Shown in pieces: positions 57,318 through 64,000 of a stretch of 64,000 nucleotides of DNA (positions are counted from its first letter, which is position 1; each line of letters starts with the position of its first letter). Under the pieces are notes generated by a model that was not told the DNA's origin, ran no database searches, and saw nothing but the letters and a program-made list of their open reading frames with translations. The translations under genes were made by a program, and so were the position numbers. Where the stretch lies: IMG/VR virus record IMGVR_UViG_3300031344_000001; one strand, given 5' to 3'. The DNA is from a virus. Its lineage: Duplodnaviria; Heunggongvirae; Uroviricota; Caudoviricetes.

Positions 57318-57318
57318 G

Positions 57319-57993
57319 TCAGACCGCCGCGGTTCCGACCATCGCGCCGAAGAACGGGCAGCCGGACTCGTTGAGGCCGATGTACGTGACCACGACGACG
57401 ACGTCCATCGCCGTCTGCGCCGCCTCGAAGCGCACGAACGTGTCGATCGCGTTCGTCGCGAACAGGTCACCCGGGACGTCGCCCGACTGGACGAACTGCG
57501 ACCGGTTGCCGATCTTGATGTCGTTCACGATCCAGTCGGCCGCGCCGCCGGCCGTGCCCGCGTTCGAGATCACGAAGCGACCGATCTTGAAGACCAGGGT
57601 CTGCGGGCGACCCGTGATCTGCGCCGACTGCGTCGGCAGGATCGGCACGCCCGTCGACATCGGGAGGATGTCGCGGTTCGCCTGCGTCGGCAGCGGAGCG
57701 TCCACCACCGCCGCGCGCGCCTGGAACGGGAAGTCCGCGTACTGCTGCTGCTGGTGGTGGTGCTGCGGCATCGGCGGCGGGCCCATCGGGGGCGCGAACG
57801 GCGGCGGGGCCGGCAGCGACGGGGCGTCGGCGCCCATCATGGCGTACGGGTTGCGCTGGGCGCCGTAGCTGCCGCCGTACGGGCCGCGGTGGCCGTAGCC
57901 GAAGCCGACCTGCGGGCCGACGATGTCGTACCAGCCGGCGAGGAGCGCCTGCACCTGGTGGGGGTTGAGCTGCGGAGGACGGTGCGAGTGCAT
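57319..57993 (-). CDS. putative single jelly-roll capsid protein, copy 1
   Basis: G/Y/P-rich N-terminus plus shared domain (57319-57732). Confidence 0.6.
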   Translation of the reverse strand: MHSHRPPQLNPHQVQALLAGWYDIVGPQVGFGYGHRGPYGGSYGAQRNPYAMMGADAPSLPAPPPFAPPMGPPPMPQHHHQQQQYADFPFQARAAVVDAPLPTQANRDILPMSTGVPILPTQSAQITGRPQTLVFKIGRFVISNAGTAGGAADWIVNDIKIGNRSQFVQSGDVPGDLFATNAIDTFVRFEAAQTAMDVVVVVTYIGLNESGCPFFGAMVGTAAV

Positions 57994-58216
57994 AGAGGAA
58001 CCTTTCGTTCGCGACAAAGCTGTCGCTGCGCGGTCGCGTAAACGCGCCGCAAGAGAGGGAGACGGGTTGGTGCTCGAACCTCGCGCTCGAGGTCGGCTAA
58101 CGACGGGAACGTGGCTCCTCGCACTTGAGGGGCGACGCTCTCGTGGTCAAGCCCTCGCGCGCCGACCGGGAAAGCCGGCGCGTCAGGGCTGGATCACAAG
58201 ATCCAGTGAGTCACGA

Positions 58217-58735
58217 CTACGGGTGCGCCGGGGCCCTCGCGGCCTGCTGCATCCGATGGACGATGGAGGCCATCTGCCCTTCGGAGAGATCGCCGTGCAC
58301 CGCCGGAGCTTCGGTCGGCCAGCCGGGCTGCCCGTACGGATCCTTCCAGGGATGACCGGTGTGGTCACCGAGGACCTTGCCCGTGTCACGCCAGCGCTTG
58401 CCGAACGCGTAGCCCGTCGCAGCGAGATAGCTGCCGATGAGGCCGTTGCCGAGGTTGTTGAAGTGCTCGCTGAGCGAGTCACCCGCGAGGTCGGTGTGCC
58501 CGACCGCGAGGAAGACGGCGCCCGCGAGCAGGTTGACCGGCAGCGGACCGAGCGAGGGTCCACCGAAGCGCCCCTCGATCAGACCGCCGGCCCACGCGCC
58601 CGCGGCCGTCTCGATGGTGCTGAACGCCTTGTGCGAGAAGCCCGCGAAGCGATCGCGCATGCCATCGAGCTTCTTCATCGTCGCGTGATGGCGACGCGCC
58701 AGGTGATGAAGGTGTTCTTCGGTGATGTTGGCCAT
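58217..58735 (-). CDS. membrane protein, paralog A
   Basis: ITEEHLHHLARRHHATMKK plus Gly-rich hydrophobic helices; AAGGA SD. Confidence 0.8.
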   Translation of the reverse strand: MANITEEHLHHLARRHHATMKKLDGMRDRFAGFSHKAFSTIETAAGAWAGGLIEGRFGGPSLGPLPVNLLAGAVFLAVGHTDLAGDSLSEHFNNLGNGLIGSYLAATGYAFGKRWRDTGKVLGDHTGHPWKDPYGQPGWPTEAPAVHGDLSEGQMASIVHRMQQAARAPAHP

Positions 58736-58865
58736 GAGTCCTTTGATCCTTGATCTTCTTGCTCTGGGGGAACGACGGCGGCCCCCGACATGGAGCCCTT
58801 CTGATCACCCACGGCCCGCGCCGAGGGCTTCTCGGGACGGGCCTTAGGCGCAAGCGTGCCGGACG

Positions 58866-59303
58866 CTACGGCGCCGGGGGCGCGCCCTGCGGCCAGCCGG
58901 CGTTCTCGTACGGACGCGAGAAGGGATGGCCGCCACCCCCGGTCAGCTGCTTGGTGTCGCGCCAGCGCTTGCCGAACGCGTAGCCCGTCGCGGCGAGGTA
59001 GCTGCCGACGAGGCCGTTGCCGAGGTTGTTGAAGTGATCGCTGAGCTTGTCGCCGGCGAGATCGGTGTGTCCGACCGCGAGGAAGACGGCGCCCGCGAGC
59101 AGGTTGACCGGCAGCGGGCCAAGCGTGGCCCCACCGAAGCGTCCCTCGATCAGACCGCCGGCCCACGCGCCCGCGGCCGTCTCGATGGTGCTGAACGACT
59201 TCTGGGAGAAGTTCGTGAACTTCTCGCGAAAACCGTCGAGCTTCTTCATCGTCGCGTGGTGGCGACGTGCCATGTGATGGAGGTGTTCTTCGGTGATGTG
59301 CAT
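58866..59303 (-). CDS. membrane protein, paralog B
   Basis: near-identical to 58217-58735. Confidence 0.8.
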   Translation of the reverse strand: MHITEEHLHHMARRHHATMKKLDGFREKFTNFSQKSFSTIETAAGAWAGGLIEGRFGGATLGPLPVNLLAGAVFLAVGHTDLAGDKLSDHFNNLGNGLVGSYLAATGYAFGKRWRDTKQLTGGGGHPFSRPYENAGWPQGAPPAP

Positions 59304-59388
59304 GTTCTTTGATCAGCTGAGGCCCGACCGCGGGCTGCGCGGTACGGGCCACGGCGCGAAGAGCGCCGCTCATCTGTGACTGCCCCTG

Positions 59389-59724
59389 CTAGGGCTTCAC
59401 GACCTGGGGAGTGTCCCCGTGCATCTGCACCTCGACGCGGGGCTGCACGCTCATCTTTTCGAGCTGTGCGCACGCCTCGCGCCCACTGTCGGTCAACCGC
59501 AGCACCCAACGGCTGACGGTCGAGCGAGCCTCGTCGACCAAGATCAACTCGCGATTGGCCAACGAGCTCAGGCCCGCGATGACGCGGGGACGATTCTCCT
59601 CCGCGATACCTTCGATGTGGAGGCCGAACTCCCCACCGGTCTGCATCAAGGTCGAGAGGATCTTGACGTCGAAGGCCGTGAGACCCGCGTGGCGGAGCCG
59701 CCCGAGTGCGTACTGATCCGTCAC
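59389..59724 (-). CDS. winged-helix-like protein
   Basis: LTAFDVKIL..L...LSSL..RELI...LRLTDSGR; GTGA coupling. Confidence 0.55.
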   Translation of the reverse strand: MTDQYALGRLRHAGLTAFDVKILSTLMQTGGEFGLHIEGIAEENRPRVIAGLSSLANRELILVDEARSTVSRWVLRLTDSGREACAQLEKMSVQPRVEVQMHGDTPQVVKP

Positions 59725-60086
59725 GGCGCCTTCTCCAGGGAGCGCAGGATCTGGTTCGCGAACTCGCGTGAGCTGCACTCCGTGCGCGCGTTGCCCCCGT
59801 CGGTGACCACGAAGATCGGGGCTCCGGACTTCGGGTCGGACGCCTCGACGATGTAGAAATGAGGTCTGCGTGCGACCACGGTCGTCTTGACGGGTTCCTT
59901 GACGGACGTCTTGGTGGACACCTTGGTCGCGACTGCCTGGGCGTCGATGACCGAGCGCTTCGCGCGGCGACCGTGGTGCTGCTCGGCCGTGCGCTTGCCG
60001 CGATTGAGAGCGTGGTCGGCCACATCGACACCCTTGTCGATGAAGTCGAAGACGCGATCGATAGCGTCGAGGGTCGAATCCGGCAC
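59721..60086 (-). CDS. hypothetical protein
   Basis: first ORF of the leftward run. Confidence 0.65.
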   Translation of the reverse strand: MPDSTLDAIDRVFDFIDKGVDVADHALNRGKRTAEQHHGRRAKRSVIDAQAVATKVSTKTSVKEPVKTTVVARRPHFYIVEASDPKSGAPIFVVTDGGNARTECSSREFANQILRSLEKAP

Positions 60087-60189
60087 GAACCAGAAGTAGC
60101 CCGCCCGTAAGCGCTGCGCGAAAATTCCCTTCCCCTAAGCTTTAACGCTAAAGTTTGGCGGCTTGTCGCTTAGCCCCACCCACCCATCG

Positions 60190-60825
60190 ATGAAACACAC
60201 AGTTACCTCCTATAAGGTCCCCGGCAAAAACCCTGAGATTGCGCCAAAGAAAATTCCGCCAGACACGCGAGACTGGCTGACACGCAACGAAGCCTCCGAC
60301 ATGTTGGCGTGCTCGGGGCAGACCCTCGCGAACCACGAACGCAAGGGCGAGCTGCACCCTCAGCACGCCTATCGCCCCGACGGCCGAGGTGTCGAGCACC
60401 GCGTGATCGTGTACAGCCCCCACGAGCTAAAGAAGCTCGCCATCCGCATGAACCGGCCCGGCGTGGTGTCTCCTCGCCACGCGGGAGAGATCACCGCGCG
60501 TGCCTTCGAGCTGATCGAAGAGGGCCGATCGGGAAGAGAGATCGTTCGAGAGCTACGCTTGACGATCGAGGAAGTGAGGGAGCTCCGTGAGAAGTGGGAC
60601 ACCGAAGGAGGCTCGGAGATCATCATCTCACCGAGCGCCAAGGAGGCCCTCGAGAAAGTCTTTGGCCCCTTCAAGGACGTGACCCAGCTGGTGGAATGCG
60701 TGACCACTACGAAGCTCTTCATCACGCCGAGCGCCAAAGAGGCCCTCGAACAGCTCGTCGGCAGTCCCTTCGAGAGCGTGCACGCGCTCGTCGGACTAGT
60801 CGCGAAGAAACTCGGAGCCGTGTGA
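60190..60825 (+). CDS. HTH DNA-binding protein (MerR/excisionase-like N-terminus)
   Basis: WLTRNEASDMLACSGQTLANHERKGEL.P; second HTH-like segment; duplicated I.PSAKEALE...GPF. Confidence 0.7.
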   Translation: MKHTVTSYKVPGKNPEIAPKKIPPDTRDWLTRNEASDMLACSGQTLANHERKGELHPQHAYRPDGRGVEHRVIVYSPHELKKLAIRMNRPGVVSPRHAGEITARAFELIEEGRSGREIVRELRLTIEEVRELREKWDTEGGSEIIISPSAKEALEKVFGPFKDVTQLVECVTTTKLFITPSAKEALEQLVGSPFESVHALVGLVAKKLGAV

Positions 60826-61095
60826 ACGAACGGCCAACGCAGGAGTGCTCTCCCGCACCCCTCGACAAAGCTTCGCGGGACAACAAGGCAAACGATCTCG
60901 CCGAAGAGCTTCGCGGGCTGCTCGCGCCCTATCAAACGATCTTGGACGACGGCACCCTCCGCAAGATCCTCGACTAGCCACGCCGAAGCGACACGCCTTC
61001 AAGCGGCGCATGTCCATCCAGAAGCGCTCCCTCATGGGACGCATCTACCGCGCGTACAGGGCCTTCTTCGAGCCCTCCATCGAGGAATCCTGCCG

Positions 61096-61509
61096 TTGAA
61101 CAACAACGGCGAGAACGTCTTACCAAAACAGACGTGCTGCATCACAGGGCGCGTGCAGTCCGACGGCTTCTGGCCGGACCGCTTGATGATTTCAAACGCA
61201 GGTACCGAAAACGGCGCCGCGGACTGGATCGTGAACGACCTCAGAATCGCGGGCAGGTCGCAGTTCCTTCAAGCCGGCGACCTCCCAGGCGACGCGGCCG
61301 TGAACTCGTGCGTACGCTTCGACGTGGCCAAAACGGCCACGGACGTCCAACTGATCGTGACGTACATCGGCACGAACGAGAAGGGCTGCCCCTTCTACGG
61401 ATCGATCACGGGCATGGAATACGACCCTGGCCTGCTCGACATCGTGCGCGAGGCGATCGCACAGGCGCTCAATTCAGCGGCTCATGGGTTGAGCCCCCGT
61501 CCGTACTGA
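61096..61509 (+). CDS. diverged, N-terminally short paralog of the 137-aa capsid-like domain
   Basis: ISNAGTENGAADWIVND.RI.GRSQF.Q.GD.PGD...VTYIG.NE.GCPF.G; GAGGA SD before TTG. Confidence 0.75.
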   Translation: MNNNGENVLPKQTCCITGRVQSDGFWPDRLMISNAGTENGAADWIVNDLRIAGRSQFLQAGDLPGDAAVNSCVRFDVAKTATDVQLIVTYIGTNEKGCPFYGSITGMEYDPGLLDIVREAIAQALNSAAHGLSPRPY

Positions 61510-61672
61510 GACACGGGACGCTGACGCTGAACGCTGCCGATGACTGCGTGGGTAGCCCGCCACCCGTATCGGCACCACCACGCGTAAGGTCCTCGATCCC
61601 CGCAAGCCCTGTTTGTCGACGCGCACTTGCGCGGAGAGGCACCTCGGCACGCTTGCTGCTCTACGAGAGCCT

Positions 61673-62071
61673 ATGAAATGGCACCTGCAAATCGTTCGCA
61701 CCCTGTGGGTGCTCTGGGGCTACGGGCCGCGCGTGGAAGGCGGACGCTCGATGCATGTCGAACGCGCCGTGCTCAAGCTCGGCAACCTCGGTGGACTACC
61801 CTTCGAGTTGCCCTTCGAGTTGCCGGAAGCTTCGCGCAAACTGCCAGCTGCACAGGAACACGAGCGGCGCGTCGGTTACGGCTGGCGCTGGAACCTCGAA
61901 GACGGCACTGCGGGGCATTCTTGGCGCTTCGCCGAGAGCTCCGAGGAGTGCCTCGCGACGGCGAAGCGCAGCATGGAGCACCAGCGCTTCGATACGCAGC
62001 GCATCTTCGCAGAAGCGATCAAGGACGTTCGATTCACCGATGAATTGGAGGAAGCCCAAGCCCAATGCTGA
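61673..62071 (+). CDS. hypothetical protein
   Basis: ORF. Confidence 0.5.
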   Translation: MKWHLQIVRTLWVLWGYGPRVEGGRSMHVERAVLKLGNLGGLPFELPFELPEASRKLPAAQEHERRVGYGWRWNLEDGTAGHSWRFAESSEECLATAKRSMEHQRFDTQRIFAEAIKDVRFTDELEEAQAQC

Positions 62072-62262
62072 CCGCCGACACGATCACCGACGAGCAGATC
62101 ATGATCTTGTTTCTTGCGAGCGCGATCTCCGCCGACACGGCGCACGAGGCGACGAACACCGGCGTCTGGCCGCGTGAACGTGAAGCTGCACGCGCCCGCT
62201 GCGCCGAGATCCTCAACGCCCGTCATGGGCTCAAAACGCTAGTGCCTCCTCCGGGTACCTGA
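62065..62262 (+). CDS. small hypothetical protein
   Basis: TADTITDEQI...ARARCAEILNAR; GGAGG upstream. Confidence 0.6.
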   Translation: MLTADTITDEQIMILFLASAISADTAHEATNTGVWPREREAARARCAEILNARHGLKTLVPPPGT

Positions 62263-62387
62263 TTACCCGTATTGGGCGTGCCACAAGCGTGGTTCGGCGA
62301 ACGCTGGGTGCCCAGCTACCCAGCGTTCGCGGACGCACACTTGCGCGAACCCCCACCTCGGCACGCTTGCTGCTCTTACGAAGGACC

Positions 62388-63059
62388 ATGCGCAAGACCA
62401 GCCGCCGCTCTCGCCGCACGACCACGGATCGCTCGGCCACCACCGACATCGTCTCGCAGCTGGAGTGCGCGATTCGCTACCCCCAGGCCACCCTGATCGG
62501 CGCCTTGGTCGGCGGGCTCGTCCCGTGGTTCGCGCGCACGCTGGCGCACGAGCAGCTGCCTGCCACGTGGTCCTCGGGCAACCACGGCCTCGCCCTCGTC
62601 ATGCTCACGGTCGTGCTCGGGTGCGCGTGCTTCAGCGCGATCACCGTCTACAAATTCGGTCGCGCCACGTTCAACGACACGCGCAAGGCTCTCGGGTTCA
62701 CGCTCGCCGTCGAGGGCGTCATGCTGGTCTCGCACGGCGCAACGAGCGCCGTCGCGCTCGCCACGCTGATCCTGATCAACGCGCTCGCGAACGGGTCCGC
62801 CATCGCGCTCGCCCGCGCGGCGACCTGCCGCCAGCGCGAAGCCGACGAGCGCCGCGCCGCGACCCGCCGCGCGCGGGGCACTTCGCAGCAGCACACGCCC
62901 GCGACGAAGAGCGCGCCGATCCCCGTGGTCGACGCGCCCACGACGGCGACCCGCCGCCCCACGCGCAGCGCGCCCGCCAAGACGACCGTCCGGTGGAATC
63001 CCACGATGTCCGACGTGGTCGACGCCGAGATCATCTCCGAGACCAAGCTCCTCGCGTAG
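62388..63059 (+). CDS. multi-pass membrane protein
   Basis: AAGGA SD; 3-4 hydrophobic helices. Confidence 0.75.
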   Translation: MRKTSRRSRRTTTDRSATTDIVSQLECAIRYPQATLIGALVGGLVPWFARTLAHEQLPATWSSGNHGLALVMLTVVLGCACFSAITVYKFGRATFNDTRKALGFTLAVEGVMLVSHGATSAVALATLILINALANGSAIALARAATCRQREADERRAATRRARGTSQQHTPATKSAPIPVVDAPTTATRRPTRSAPAKTTVRWNPTMSDVVDAEIISETKLLA

Positions 63060-63066
63060 TGCCACT

Positions 63067-63468
63067 ATGCACGACAACAATCCCATGACGAATCAAGCCG
63101 GCCTCAACGTGACCTTCCCCTACGTCACCGACCCAGCCGTTGCCCGCTATCAGTGCCAGGAGTGCGGCGGCTGGGAGCGCGCCGACAAGAAAAACGGCTG
63201 GATCCGCCACTCCAAGCGTTGCGACAGCAAGCCCCAAGCGGCTCCATCAGCCACCGACCGCGCCAATGCCAGCCTACTTGCTGCCGCGAAGACCCCTGCC
63301 AAGCAACTCGACCGCGAAATCGCCGAGTCGGTCCGCGACAGCGAGCTTCGTGCCTACGCCGACAACGTGCGGCGCACGGGGCTCACCAAGGGACGCACCG
63401 AAGATCTCGTCGAGGCCGTCCGCAAAGGTTTTCTTTCCGTGTCAGACGCGATGAACTCGGACGACTAA
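63067..63468 (+). CDS. zinc-finger hypothetical protein with QLDREIA motif
   Basis: CQECG...IRHSKRC. Confidence 0.68.
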   Translation: MHDNNPMTNQAGLNVTFPYVTDPAVARYQCQECGGWERADKKNGWIRHSKRCDSKPQAAPSATDRANASLLAAAKTPAKQLDREIAESVRDSELRAYADNVRRTGLTKGRTEDLVEAVRKGFLSVSDAMNSDD

Positions 63469-63488
63469 TCAACGAGGTCAACAAAACG

Positions 63489-64000
63489 ATGAGCAAGACA
63501 CCCCCCGCACAACTCGACCGCGAGATCGCCGAAGCCCTCTCCCGCCCGTCCGTGGACGGAAAGCGCCCCCTCTACGGCCACACGAGCGAGACTACCGCCT
63601 ACCTCGTCGAGGACTACCCGTACGGGTTCACCACGCGCACGCAGATCCGGTACTGGCTGGAGGAGAAGCCCAAGAAAGGCTGGCGCTTCGTCTCGCAGAC
63701 CCTGAACCCCAAAACGGGGCGCTGGAACAAGCCCAAAGCGTCCACGTACGCCGACTGGGGCGCCGCGATGTACCTCGACGAGAAAGGCCACGTTCAATGG
63801 GAGGCTGTCACGCCGTACTCCAACGACCGCCAGATTCTCGCGTTCGTGCGGACGTTCCCTGAAGCCAAGAGCGAGTTGCGCAAGGTGGTGCCCGCGAAGC
63901 TGCGCCACCTGCGCGACCGGATCAGCGGGAAGCTCCGCTGGACGGTCAACGGTGAAGTGCGCCCAGACTCAGAGGCCGACGTCGCGCGGCTCCACGCCGA
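63489..64000 (+). CDS. phage-type hypothetical protein (runs off the window; not in the ORF track)
   Basis: Hand translation MSKTPPAQLDREIAEALS...DYPYGF..R..IRYW.E...SQT.NPKTGRWNKPK.STY. Confidence 0.75.
   Translation, partial: MSKTPPAQLDREIAEALSRPSVDGKRPLYGHTSETTAYLVEDYPYGFTTRTQIRYWLEEKPKKGWRFVSQTLNPKTGRWNKPKASTYADWGAAMYLDEKGHVQWEAVTPYSNDRQILAFVRTFPEAKSELRKVVPAKLRHLRDRISGKLRWTVNGEVRPDSEADVARLHA

Overview
GC-rich 64-kb window with no core cellular genes. It reads as part of a large virus or provirus-like element. A bacterial host is inferred from sigma70-type promoters, Shine-Dalgarno sites and overlapping stop/start codons. Four modules: (1) 1-7.3 kb, a minus-strand array of 31 tRNA genes (18 amino acids, no Leu/Ser found) mixed with two HNH genes and several structured non-tRNA RNAs, followed by a TROVE/Ro60-like gene. 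It is preceded by a sigma70 promoter, a 57-codon leader ORF containing all 20 amino acids and overlapping terminator/antiterminator hairpins, which suggests a translation-sensing attenuator. (2) 7.3-15 kb, accessory genes: dual-specificity phosphatase, RHH protein, intein-containing short RadA. (3) 15-39 kb, collagen-like fibre genes with glycosyltransferases, methyltransferases, RmlB, GalE and an S53 protease. (4) 33.6-60 kb, a co-oriented, probably virion-structural module: many small membrane proteins, a lytic transglycosylase-like protein, a transglutaminase-like protein and three tandem genes sharing a near-identical 137-aa beta-rich domain (candidate single jelly-roll capsid protein, with two further dispersed paralogs). 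Short peptide motifs recur across otherwise unrelated ORFs (RGxYG, GxWxD[IV]xG, QLDxEIA). No terminase, portal, tail, packaging ATPase or integrase was recognised. All family assignments come from motif recognition by eye, not database searches.
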